Below are positions 17,195 to 27,892 of a stretch of DNA of 64,000 bases, piece by piece. Numbering within the stretch: the stretch's first letter is position 1; each line of letters opens with the position of its first letter. Source of the stretch: an uncultured delta proteobacterium (GTDB lineage Bacteria; Desulfobacterota; Desulfuromonadia; Desulfuromonadales; BM103); NCBI GenBank assembly GCA_963749425.1, contig CAVVMK010000003.1, forward strand, positions 257,506 through 321,505. The letters are read 5' to 3'. The position numbers and the translations under genes were made by a program. Under the pieces are notes generated by a model. That model saw only the letters and a list, made by a program, of their open reading frames with translations, searched no databases and was not told where the DNA came from.

Positions 17195-18496
17195 TTACCA
17201 GGCCGGCGACCAGGCCGGGTGGCTGGCATCGACCCCCGGCGGGGTCAAGCGCCGGCGGCCGGTGCCGTCGGCACGCATGACATAGAGCGCCTTCTTGCCA
17301 CCGGCATCGGACGAGTAAACCAGGAAGCGGCTGTCCGGACTCCAGCGTGGATGTTCGAGGTTGCCGGGACCGAAGGTCAGCCGCCGTTCGTCGGTACCAT
17401 CGGGACGGATCGAGTAAAGATCGAAACGTCCCCCCTCCTGCCGGGCAAAGACGATCCGCTCGCCGTTCGGACTCCAGGCCGGGGTGGCATCGTATTTCCC
17501 GTTGGCGGTCAGGCGCCGGGTGGCACCGCTGCCCAGATCGAGAAGGAAGATCTGCGGTGGCCCCAGCCGGCTGGAAACAAAAGCCAGGTGGCGGCCGTCG
17601 GGGCTCCAACTCGGGTCGACATCGATACCGAAGCTGCTGGTCAGGCGCTTGCGCAAGCCCCCGTCGCGGCCGAGCAGATAAAGCTCCGGGTCGCCGTCGC
17701 GGGAGAGGGTCAAGGCCAGGCTGCCGCCATCCGGAGCATAGCGGCCGGCAATGTTGAGCCCCGGCCAGAAGGCGATCCGTGCCTCCTGGCCGGTAAAGAT
17801 CTCCTTGCGGTACAGATCCGGATTGCCCGCCCGGTAGGAGACGAAGAGCAGCTCCTTGCCGGAAGGGGAAAAGTCGGGGTTGAGGACCAGGTTGCGATGG
17901 TCGGTCAGGCGAATCGGATTGTGACCGTCCACGTCCATCAGCCACAGCTCCTTGCTGCCGCTGCGTGTGGAGATGAACGCCAGGCGCGTATCGAAGGGGC
18001 CGGGCGTGCCGGTCAGCGCGGCCAGCACCAGGTCGGCGAACTGATGGGCGATGCGGCGCGCATCCGCTATTTTGCCGACAAAACGCCGCCCGGCCAGCAG
18101 GCGTCGCCCGGGGACATCGAAGAGCCGCGCCTCGATGGTGAGTTGCTCCCCCTGCACGCTATAGGCACCCTTAATCAGCACATCGGCACCGAGCAGGCGC
18201 CATTGGGAAAAATCGACCTCGGTGCTGAACAGGCCGATGCGGCCGGCATCGTCGAGAAAAGCCGCCGGGTCGACGAGGCGGAAGATCCCGGCCAGGTCGA
18301 GATCGGCGGCGAGCACCGTCTGAAATTCCTCGGCTACCGCCGGTGCGGCGGCCCCCGCTTGCGGAAGCAGGCGGGTCAGGGCCAGCGGGATGGTCTGCTG
18401 GCCGGGGGCGGAGATCTCGATGTCGGCGGCCCGGGCGGCAACCGACCAGCCGCCAGCGAGCAACAGGAGCAGCAACAGCGTCCGGAGCGGCCTCAT
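17195..18496 (-). CDS. tolB: Tol-Pal system beta-propeller protein TolB
   Basis: 433-aa ORF with a signal peptide and repeated PxWSPDG propeller motifs (SWSPDGRHLAF, AWSPNGERIVF, RWSPDSRFLVY). Confidence 0.93.
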   Translation of the reverse strand: MRPLRTLLLLLLLAGGWSVAARAADIEISAPGQQTIPLALTRLLPQAGAAAPAVAEEFQTVLAADLDLAGIFRLVDPAAFLDDAGRIGLFSTEVDFSQWRLLGADVLIKGAYSVQGEQLTIEARLFDVPGRRLLAGRRFVGKIADARRIAHQFADLVLAALTGTPGPFDTRLAFISTRSGSKELWLMDVDGHNPIRLTDHRNLVLNPDFSPSGKELLFVSYRAGNPDLYRKEIFTGQEARIAFWPGLNIAGRYAPDGGSLALTLSRDGDPELYLLGRDGGLRKRLTSSFGIDVDPSWSPDGRHLAFVSSRLGPPQIFLLDLGSGATRRLTANGKYDATPAWSPNGERIVFARQEGGRFDLYSIRPDGTDERRLTFGPGNLEHPRWSPDSRFLVYSSDAGGKKALYVMRADGTGRRRLTPPGVDASHPAWSPAW

Positions 18497-19286
18497 CGCC
18501 GGGTCTCCGCCAGGTCTTTCAGTTCACGCAGGTTGAATACCACCCGTCTATCCTCCAGCCGTAACGGCAAGGCATGAGGGAGCTGTTGCGACTTGGTCAG
18601 GGCACGTTTGATCGATTCATCGAACTGCGGGTCGCCGGAGGCCTTCTCGAAGCGGAAACTTTCCAGGCGACCGCTCTTCCCGTAGGTGACGCGCACCCAC
18701 GCTTCGATCTTCGCCATTTTCCGGGGATCGCCGAGCAAATACGGAGAAAGCGCCCAGTTCTGCTGGATGGCTGCCTGTACGTAGAGCTCGGGGGGAACGC
18801 CCGCCTCGCTGCCCCTGGCGTCGGGGAGCCCGACCGGAACGTCTGCCGGTACGGCCTGGGCCTGACGCAGGGCGGCCAGGCGTTCCTGCAGCGCCCGCTC
18901 GTCCCGCAGCTTCACCAGGGCATCCTTGACATGGCTTTCGGCCGGCGGTGCCGTGGCCTTGGCCGTCGGCGCGGGCTTGCTCGGCACCGAGGTCTTCGCT
19001 GGCGCCTTGGCCACCGGGGCAACCGGCGCCGGGGCCGCGGCCGGCCTGGGCGCGGCGACCCGCGGCTCGGGGCGCCCGGCCTGGGGGTTCAGGACCGGCT
19101 TGTGCACCAGGTCGACATAGTAGACCGGAAGCCGGTCGCTCCGCGGGGCACTGCGCAGCCAGCCCCCGGTCACCCCGAACAGGAGCAGCCCGTGCAGCAG
19201 CAGTGAAACCAGGTAGGCAACCAGCAGGCGGCCGGCGAGCGGGTCGGCAGGTGCTCCCCGGCGCGGCCGGAACCGTTGGGTTGCGG

Positions 19287-19290
<4 letters not shown>
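18493..19290 (-). CDS. tolA: TolA/TonB-family energy-transducer protein
   Basis: One N-terminal TM helix, an Ala/Pro/Lys-rich linker and a TonB-C-like terminal domain. It occupies the position between tolR and tolB. Confidence 0.75.
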
Positions 19291-19721
<431 letters not shown>

Positions 19722-19729
19722 GGCCGGCG

Positions 19730-20401
19730 CTAGCGGTTCCTCGGCATGCGCTGCACGATGTTGAGCATTTCCTGGCAGAAGTTGTCCATCTCGCCGATCA
19801 GGACGTTGACCTTGTTGACGAAGTGGTTGTAGGCAATGACCGCCGGGATGGCCGCCACCAGGCCGATGGCCGTGGCCACCAGGGCTTCGGAGATGCCGGG
19901 GGCCACCACGGCCAGGGAGGCCGATCCGGACCGGCCGATACCGTGGAATGCGTCCATGATTCCCCAGACCGTACCGAACAGGCCGATGAACGGCGCCGCC
20001 GAACCGGTGGTCGCCAGAAACGACAGGTATTTTTCCAGACGATGGGTCTCCGAGGTGGTCGCCCGGCGCAGCACCCGGGCAATCCGCTCCTGTTCACCGA
20101 GGCTGGCCTCCAGTGGTTCGCCATCTTCCCGTTCGCCGGGGCGACGGTTCTGCAGCAGCTCCTGGTAGACATCACGGAACAGCACGGCGAGTGGCGAATG
20201 GCGGAACTCGCCGATCCCCTGGCTGATCGCGTCGAAACGCCGCTTGGCCCAGAAGTTGTCGAGAAACCGCTCGGATTCGCGCGTAGCCTTGCGAATCGAC
20301 AGCTCCTTGTAAATGATGATGGCCCAGGAGGTCACCGAAAAGTAGGCGAGGATCACCAGGACCAGCTTGACCACCAGTCCGGCGTTGGCAATCAGTTCCA
20401 C
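19730..20401 (-). CDS. tolQ: Tol-Pal system proton channel TolQ (MotA/TolQ/ExbB family)
   Basis: 223 aa with three TM helices and the conserved LATTGSAAPFIGLFGTVWGIM segment. Confidence 0.9.
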   Translation of the reverse strand: MELIANAGLVVKLVLVILAYFSVTSWAIIIYKELSIRKATRESERFLDNFWAKRRFDAISQGIGEFRHSPLAVLFRDVYQELLQNRRPGEREDGEPLEASLGEQERIARVLRRATTSETHRLEKYLSFLATTGSAAPFIGLFGTVWGIMDAFHGIGRSGSASLAVVAPGISEALVATAIGLVAAIPAVIAYNHFVNKVNVLIGEMDNFCQEMLNIVQRMPRNR

Positions 20402-20466
20402 TGTATGGCTCCTTGAGATGCTATGCCGTTGGCAACGGTCGATTATTCATCACCACTAACATCGAG

Positions 20467-21168
20467 TCAACCGCATCCGGACGGCGGCGCTATGCCCAGA
20501 TACGCACGTGCGTACCGTGCGGTTGCGCACTCCGGAGAGCGAACCAGCAGCCGGTGCAGGGCCGCCAGGTCGTCGAGATCCTCCCAGCCGCCAACCGTGG
20601 CCAGCTGCAGGCCGAGCGCGGCGGCGCGCCGGCGGGTTGCGGCCAGCACGTCCGCCGTGCTCCAGGGGATGCCGGCGAACAGCTCCGGAGCCGGCCGGCG
20701 CAAGGCCAGCAGAGCGTAACCACCGTCCCGGCAGGGGATCACCGCGACATCGGCGGTGGTCAACGTCGCAAAGGCTTCGTCCAGCAAGGGCAGCGGCAGA
20801 TCGGGGCTGTCGGAGCCGGCCACGGCCACCGGTCCGCCGCCGACCGCAAACAGTGTCGCCGTCGCCCGGGCGAGACGCCGGCCGAGATCACCGCCCCCCT
20901 GGGAGAGCAAGGGCACGCCGGGAAAAGCCCTGGCGAACCAGCTCCTGCGGCCGGCGCAGCACAGGACCAGTGTGGCAGGACCGCTTGCAAACCGCGTGAC
21001 CGTTTCGTGCAGCGCCACCTGGTAAAGGTTGCGGGCCTGCTCCGGTTGCAGGGGGGGGATCAAGCGGGTCTTGACCTGGCCGGCCCGTGGCTGCTTGGCG
21101 AAGATGCCGAGGACCGGTCCGGAAGCGGGAAGCCAACAAGAAAACTGATGATTATCCACCTTGTCCAC
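20467..21168 (-). CDS. DUF2064-family (glycosyl/nucleotidyl-transferase-like) protein
   Basis: LGIFAKQPRAGQVKTRL ... GGGDLGRRL ... GSDSPDLP ... IPCRDGGYALL matches my memory of the DUF2064 family. The start is uncertain: in-frame GTGs occur at 21180, 21168 and 21159, and the rest of the 285-aa track ORF overlaps folE2. Confidence 0.65.
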   Translation of the reverse strand: MDKVDNHQFSCWLPASGPVLGIFAKQPRAGQVKTRLIPPLQPEQARNLYQVALHETVTRFASGPATLVLCCAGRRSWFARAFPGVPLLSQGGGDLGRRLARATATLFAVGGGPVAVAGSDSPDLPLPLLDEAFATLTTADVAVIPCRDGGYALLALRRPAPELFAGIPWSTADVLAATRRRAAALGLQLATVGGWEDLDDLAALHRLLVRSPECATARYARAYLGIAPPSGCG

Positions 21169-21181
21169 AGGGTTATCCACG
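21152..21181 (+). promoter_or_regulatory. Array of three same-orientation DnaA boxes
   Basis: TTATCCACC (21152), TTGTCCACA (21161) and TTATCCACG (21173), each 8/9 to TTATCCACA. Starts are spaced 9 and 12 bp apart, straddling the folE2 stop and the DUF2064 start. Confidence 0.7.
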
Positions 21182-22045
21182 CCGTTCCCGGAGGCTGCGT
21201 TCCAGCAGGGCGTAGGCTGAATGATTATGAATCGACTCGAAATTTTCGCATTCCACGCGGAACCAGGTGATGGTGGGAACGGCCTGCAGCTTTTCGGTGA
21301 CGGCGCGGACCACATCCTCGACAAACATCGGGTTGTCGTAGGCCCTTTCGGTAAGGGCCTTTTCGTCCTCCCGCTTGAGCAGAGCGAACACCGGGGCGCT
21401 GCCGCACGCTTCGACCCAGCCGATCAGCTCTTCCAGCCAGACGTGCTCGCGATAGCGGATCTCGACCTTGACGGCACTGCGCTGGTTGTGGGCACCGCGG
21501 GCACTGATCTCTTTTGAACAGGGACACAGGGACGTGACCGGCACGGTGACACCGAGGATGAAGTCGTATTCCTTGCCGAGGCTGGCCGCCATTCGACACT
21601 GGTACTCCATCAGGCTGCGCGCGCCGGAAACCGGGGCGGTCTTTTCGATGAAGTAGGGGAACTCCAGTTCCAGGTGGGCGCAGCTCGCCTCGAGGTGATC
21701 TTTCATGGCACGCACGATCTGGTCCATCCGCTCGACGCTGACCTCGCCGTGGTGCTCATTGAGGATTTCGATGAAGCGGCTCATGTGGGTCCCCTTGAAG
21801 TGGTGGGGAAGGTCCACGTACATGTTGATGCGCGCCACGGTCTGCTGGCGGACCTTGCTGCGGTCGAGGACCACGATCGGGTAGCGGATGTCCTTGACAC
21901 CGACCTTGTCGATGGCGATGTTGCGCTCGTCCCTGGTTCTCTGCATGTCCGGCATGGCCGTTGGTTGGGCGGCGGTGTCGGCGGTGAGCTTGGGCGGGAG
22001 TGCCTGCCTGCTTTCCGGCTTTCCGTTATGCTTAGTGCTTTTCAT
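21173..22045 (-). CDS. folE2: GTP cyclohydrolase I type 2 (FolE2/MptA family)
   Basis: 290-aa ORF with IDKVGVKDIRYPIVV, KGTHMSRF, TSLCPCSKEIS..GAHNQRS and ESIHNHSAYA motifs characteristic of FolE2. The first 30 codons are part of a duplicated segment, so ATG 21955 (MPDMQ) is an alternative start. Confidence 0.88.
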   Translation of the reverse strand: MKSTKHNGKPESRQALPPKLTADTAAQPTAMPDMQRTRDERNIAIDKVGVKDIRYPIVVLDRSKVRQQTVARINMYVDLPHHFKGTHMSRFIEILNEHHGEVSVERMDQIVRAMKDHLEASCAHLELEFPYFIEKTAPVSGARSLMEYQCRMAASLGKEYDFILGVTVPVTSLCPCSKEISARGAHNQRSAVKVEIRYREHVWLEELIGWVEACGSAPVFALLKREDEKALTERAYDNPMFVEDVVRAVTEKLQAVPTITWFRVECENFESIHNHSAYALLERSLRERRG

Positions 22046-22135
22046 CTTGATCGACCTTTTCAGAAGACTTGCAGCGGAAACTCTGCACTCTCATCGGCGC
22101 CCACCACCGACACCACCACTTGGCGGGAGAGTGTG
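22046..22135 (-). promoter_or_regulatory. Structured G-rich 5' leader of folE2 (proximal copy); candidate cis-regulatory RNA of unknown class
   Basis: The minus strand reads CACTCTC-CCGCC-AAGTGGTGGTGTCGGTGGTG-GGCG-CCGAT-GAGAGTG, i.e. nested stems CACTCTC/GAGAGTG and CGCC/GGCG around a GGTGGTG repeat loop. It ends 40 nt before the folE2 ATG. Confidence 0.45.
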
Positions 22136-22204
22136 GGAAAGCGCCCCGCATTCCCTGCCAAAGTGGGGGCAGCGGGGCTGGCGCGCCGCCCCCAAACCCA
22201 ACCC

Positions 22205-22303
22205 TTACTGCAAAGCGGGGGGCGGCGCTGCCGGCGGCACGCTTGGGCGGGAGTGCACGCCCTCTTGTCGACCCGTTTTCTTGCGCGGTTTGTACATCTT
22301 CAT
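22205..22303 (-). CDS. 32-codon sORF, paralogous to the first codons of folE2 (may be a non-functional duplication remnant)
   Basis: MKMYKPRKKTGRQEGVHSRPSVPPAAPPPALQ aligns with the folE2 N-terminus MKSTKHNGKPESRQALPPKLTADTAAQ at both DNA and protein level. It is preceded by the distal leader copy. Confidence 0.3.
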   Translation of the reverse strand: MKMYKPRKKTGRQEGVHSRPSVPPAAPPPALQ

Positions 22304-22392
22304 TGACTCTTCGCCAGAGAATTTCAGCGGCAGGCTGCACTCCCTTCGGCGCGCACCACCAGCACCGCCGCTGGACGGTAAAGAGTCTGAGC
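22304..22392 (-). promoter_or_regulatory. Distal copy of the structured G-rich leader
   Basis: On the minus strand, GACTCTT ... AAGAGTC (7-bp stem) encloses CAGCGGC ... GCCGCTG (7-bp stem) and the GGTGCTGGTGGTG loop. A 44-nt core is ~80 % identical to the proximal copy. Confidence 0.45.
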
Positions 22393-22394
22393 AT

Positions 22395-23078
22395 TCAAAC
22401 ATAATCAACCGGATCGCTTACCCCCGCCTCGGCGAACCCCTTCAGCCGCAGCCGGCAGGAGTCGCACAGGCCGCAGGCCAGGCCAGCCGGGGTCGGGTCG
22501 TAACAGGAGTGGGTCAACCGGTAATCGACGCCGAGAGTCAAGCCCTTGCGGATGATCTCCGCCTTGCGCAGGTGGATCAGGGGGGTGTGGATGCGGAACC
22601 GGCCCCCCCCTTCCACGGCGACCCTGGTGGCCAGGTTGGCCATGGTCTCGAACGCGGCGATGTATTCGGGGCGGCAGTCCGGATAACCGGAGTAGTCGAG
22701 GGCATTGACACCGATGAAAATGTCGAAGGCGCCGAGCGTTTCCGCCCAGCCAAGAGCAAAACTCAAAAAGATGGTGTTGCGCGCCGGCACGTAGGTCACC
22801 GGGATATCGCTCCCCACCCCGCCTTTGGGGACGGAGATATCGGCGGTCAGGGCGCTGCCGCCGACCTTGCGGTAGTCGAATTCGACCACCAGATGGTCAA
22901 CGGCACCAACCCGTGGTGCATATTCCCGGGCCCTGGCCAGTTCTACTGCGTGGCGCTGGCCATAGGCGAAGCTCAGCGCATAGGGGGCAAACCCGGCTGC
23001 CCGGGCCATGGCCAGGCAGGTGGTGGAATCGAGCCCGCCGCTGTAGAGCACGACGGCTTTGCTGGGAAGATCATGCAT
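22395..23078 (-). CDS. queC: 7-cyano-7-deazaguanine synthase QueC
   Basis: 227 aa with [15 protein letters not shown] (PP-loop) and the C-terminal Zn-binding [10 protein letters not shown]. Confidence 0.93.
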   Translation of the reverse strand: MHDLPSKAVVLYSGGLDSTTCLAMARAAGFAPYALSFAYGQRHAVELARAREYAPRVGAVDHLVVEFDYRKVGGSALTADISVPKGGVGSDIPVTYVPARNTIFLSFALGWAETLGAFDIFIGVNALDYSGYPDCRPEYIAAFETMANLATRVAVEGGGRFRIHTPLIHLRKAEIIRKGLTLGVDYRLTHSCYDPTPAGLACGLCDSCRLRLKGFAEAGVSDPVDYV

Positions 23079-23127
23079 GGGCTGCCTGTCGATCGCTAGC
23101 GCCGCTTAAAACCTGCTGACCGAGTCT

Positions 23128-23143
23128 GGAGAACCGGTTCTCC
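23128..23143. promoter_or_regulatory. Perfect 16-bp palindrome GGAGAACCGGTTCTCC (function unknown)
   Basis: Self-complementary 16-mer in the 91-bp pyk-queC spacer. No U-tract follows on either strand, so it is not a classical terminator. Confidence 0.3.
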
Positions 23144-23169
23144 CCGCGATCCTCGGCCAGCGGTCCTGG

Positions 23170-24630
<1,461 letters not shown>

Positions 24631-24720
24631 TCCTGCAGCTCCTTGAGACACGCGTCGTGAACTTGCGGTGAAGGATGTCAATATAGCACAGCCCCTAAGC
24701 TCTTCAACCGGCAAAACCCG

Positions 24721-24749
24721 TTGTCGACGGCACACCGGTGTGCTATGTT
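24721..24749 (+). promoter_or_regulatory. Candidate promoter of the PBP1A gene with a 14-bp palindrome in the spacer
   Basis: TTGTCG (24721-24726), 17 nt, TATGTT (24744-24749). The spacer contains the perfect palindrome GCACACCGGTGTGC (24730-24743). Confidence 0.4.
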
Positions 24750-24775
24750 GGCAAACGATCCCCTGAACCCGACCC

Positions 24776-27197
24776 ATGAGTGTCCTGACCCGCCTTCCCC
24801 TTTGGGGCCGTTATCTGCTATCTGCCAGCGTCGTGCTGGTTCTGCTCGCTATCCTTGCTCCCCTGACCGCTTATTTTTACGTGGCGGGCAACCTGCCGAA
24901 GGTCGAATCGCTCGCCGACTACCAGCCACCCGTCGTCACCAGAATACTCAGTGATGACGGGACGGTCATTGCCGAAATCTTCGAGGAACGTCGTATCGTC
25001 GTGCCGGTCGCCCGGATGCCTCGTCAGTTGATCGAAGCTTTTGTCGCTGCCGAGGATTTCGAACTTCTTCAGGCATCGCGGCATCGATCTCGCCTCGATC
25101 CTGCGTGCCGCGATCAAAAACCTCCTGGCCGGCGGCGTGGTCCAGGGGGGGAGCACCATTACTCAACAGGTCGCCAAGAGCTTGCTGCTCACCCCGGAGC
25201 GGAGCTTCGAACGCAAGTTCAAGGAAGCGATTCTGGCCTATCGCATCGAAAACCGGCTCTCCAAGGAAGAAATCCTCTATCTTTACCTGAACCAGATCTT
25301 CCTCGGGCATGGCGCGTACGGGATTCAGGCGGCGGCCGAGAACTACTTCGCCAAGAATGTCGATCAGTTGACCCTGGCCGAATGCAGCCTGCTGGCGGGA
25401 CTACCACGCGCCCCCAGCCGCTACTCCCCCTACCACAACCTGCAGGCGGCCAAGGATCGCCAGAAGTATGTGCTCGGCCGCATGGTCGAGGAGCAGTACA
25501 TCGGCCAGGCCCAGGCTGACGCCGCTTTCCGGGAGACGCTGATCATCCGGCCGCGCCGCAATCAACACCGTCAGGATGCCGCTTTTTTCACCGAACAGGT
25601 GCGTCGTGATCTGGAGTCGCGCTACGGGCGGGACTTGCTTTACCGGGGCGGTCTCGAAGTTCACACCAGCGTCAACTTCGCCCAGCAGGTGGCCGCGCAA
25701 CGAGCGGTGCGTGACAATCTGCGGGAATACGACAAGCGGCACGGTTATCGCGGTCCCCTGGGGGCTTTCGACGAAACCGCGGAGGCTAGGTTTCTGGCCG
25801 AGCAGGGCGAGGCGTTTATCAAGGAGCCCCCGGCAGCCGATGACCTGGTCGAAGCCGTGGTTACCGGGAGCAATTCTCGCGAAATTCTGGTGCGACTCGG
25901 CTCCCAGCAAGGACGTATCGCCCGGAAGGAATCCGCCTGGGCCGGCAGTCTTCAGGTGCCGCCGCGCGGCGCCACAGCCGCCGGCAATGTCAAGGGCACC
26001 GGGAGTAGCCGTCTCCCGGTCGGCAGCCGGATCCTGGTCCGCATCCTCGAAATCCCGCCCCAGGAACCCTGGCCGCTGACCCTCGAGCAGGACCCGGAAG
26101 TCCAGGGGGCCCTGCTGGCCCTCGATCCCCACACCGGTTTGATCAAAGCGATGGTCGGCGGCTACGACTTCCGCCGCAGCCAGTTCAACCGGGTGCTCCA
26201 GGCGCGCCGGCAGCCAGGCTCGGCAATGAAACCGCTCATCTATGCCGCAGCCCTCGACAAAGGCTTCACGCCGGCGACCGTGGTCCTTGACGAACCATTG
26301 ACCTTCCATTTCCGCCAACCGGACGGCACCCTCAAGGAGTGGTCCCCGCAAAACTACTCGCGGGAATTTGACGGCCCGATGACGGTTCGCAGAGCCCTGG
26401 CCAAATCGAACAACATCGCCACCATTCGCATTCTGCAGGAGATTGGCGTGCCTTATGCCGCCGAATATGCGCACCAACTCGGGCTGCAGTCGCCCTTGGA
26501 TGAAAATCTGACGCTGGCGCTTGGCTCTTCGGCGGTCACCCCGCTGGAACTGGCCACGGCCTACGCGACGCTGGTCAACGGCGGCATCCGCGTCACGCCG
26601 ACCTATATCACCAGGATCCGCGACCGTCATGGCAAGATCCTGGAATCGATCGACCCGGCCGACTTTCCGGCCGGGCCGCAAGCCGGGCAGCATCTGGCAG
26701 AGCGTCCGCGCACCCGGATCATCAGCGCCGAAACCGCTTATCTCATCACCACTCTGATGGAAAGTGTCATTCAGGAAGGCACCGGCGCGCGAGCCAAGGC
26801 CCTGGGACGACCGGTTGCCGGGAAAACCGGGACAACCAACGATTTGCGTGATGCCTGGTTCGTCGGCAGCACCCCCCAGCTGTTGGCGCTGACCTGGGTC
26901 GGCTACGATCAGGAGCGCAGCCTTGGCCGGTTCGAAACCGGGGGGTATGCCGCACTGCCCGCCTGGCTGAACTTCATGCAAAAGGCCCTGGCTGGCGCCC
27001 CCCCCTTATCGTTCCCGGTTCCCGACAGCATCGAGTTTGTGCCGATCGACCCGGACAGTGGCCAGGCAGCAGCCGAAAACGCCGCCAGGGTCATGATCGA
27101 AGCCTTTGCCCCGGGAACCGGGCCAGATTCAGCCCCATTCGCCGACTTTTTCGGTACAATCCGCGATTTTTTACGATTTGACCACGACAAGCCATAA
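24776..27197 (+). pseudogene. mrcA: Class A penicillin-binding protein (PBP1A-type), reading frame broken by one extra base near 25056-25058
   Basis: ORF 24776-25519 gives the TM anchor and ...PRQLIEAFVAAED, then becomes nonsense. The next frame (ORF 25041-27197) continues ..FFRHRGIDLASILRAAIKNL, GGSTITQQVAK (glycosyltransferase) and SAMKP / SNN / KTGTT (transpeptidase). Removing one T from GATTTCGAAC restores AAED-SNFFRHRG. Confidence 0.85.
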
Positions 27198-27208
27198 CTG
27201 CAGAACCG

Positions 27209-27892
27209 CTATCTCGACCTGTCGACACCCACCCGCGGGCAACGCTCCCGGACCACACATACCGAGCAGTGCGCCACCCGCGCCCGGCAACACTGCCGGC
27301 CATGCCAGATCAGGACATGACTGGTCTGCGTCCAGCGCTGACACGGCAGCAGAGCACACAACTCCCGCTCCACCCGCTCCGGTTGCCTGGCCCGGGTCCA
27401 GCCGAGGCGCCGCGCCACCCGCCCGACGTGGGTATCGACCACCAGCCCCGGTTTGCCGAAGGCATTGCCTACCACCACGTTGGCGGTTTTACGGCCGACA
27501 CCGGGAAGCTTGACCAGTTCGGCCAGGCTGTTCGGGACCGCACCCTGGTGGTTCTCGACCAGGGCCTTGGCACAACCGATCAGGCTGGCAGCCTTGTTGC
27601 GAAAGAACCCGGTCGAACGGATCAGTGTCTCGACCACGTCGGGGCGGGCGACCGCAAGATCGGCCGGTCCGGGAAAACGCAAAAACAGTCCGGGGGTCAC
27701 CTGGTTGACGCGGACATCGGTGCATTGAGCCGAGAGAATGGTCGCAACCAGCAGCTGCCACGGGGAACCATGGTGCAAGGCGCAGCCGGCCTCGGGATAG
27801 GCCCGCTCGAGGATGGTCAGGGTATGCACAGCCTGCCGGCTTGAAACCCCTTGATTCTGTGAGTTATCCACATTATCCACAGCTTTTTCCAC
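27209..27892 (-). CDS. nth: Endonuclease III (DNA glycosylase/AP lyase)
   Basis: HhH-GPD motif LPGVGRKTANVV and a C-terminal 4Fe-4S cluster motif CCRARVAHCSVCVVRERC. An alternative start is GTG 27829; the first 10 codons of the long form are encoded by DnaA boxes. Confidence 0.9.
   Translation of the reverse strand: MEKAVDNVDNSQNQGVSSRQAVHTLTILERAYPEAGCALHHGSPWQLLVATILSAQCTDVRVNQVTPGLFLRFPGPADLAVARPDVVETLIRSTGFFRNKAASLIGCAKALVENHQGAVPNSLAELVKLPGVGRKTANVVVGNAFGKPGLVVDTHVGRVARRLGWTRARQPERVERELCALLPCQRWTQTSHVLIWHGRQCCRARVAHCSVCVVRERCPRVGVDRSR

Larger units (their letters stand above)
21965..22392 (-). repeat. Imperfect tandem duplication (~175-bp copies offset by ~252 bp) of the folE2 5' region
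   Basis: Copy A spans ~21965-22140 and copy B ~22218-22392. Shared blocks are GCTTGGGCGGGAGTGC (21988 / 22241) and CTGCACTC...GGCGC.CACCACC..CACC.CC (22083 / 22334), with roughly 75-80 % identity by eye. Confidence 0.8.

Noticed and set aside
16943-18577. 544-aa plus-strand ORF
   Set aside because: It is antisense to tolB and pal with no motifs. It is a shadow ORF.
22046-22392. Assignment of the folE2 leader to a known riboswitch class (preQ1, THF-I, THF-II/folE motif, ZTP, cobalamin)
   Set aside because: None of the conserved cores I remember for these classes is present, so it is reported only as an unclassified structured leader.
25401-26981. 526-aa minus-strand ORF
   Set aside because: It is antisense to the well-conserved PBP1A transpeptidase region. 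It is a shadow ORF.
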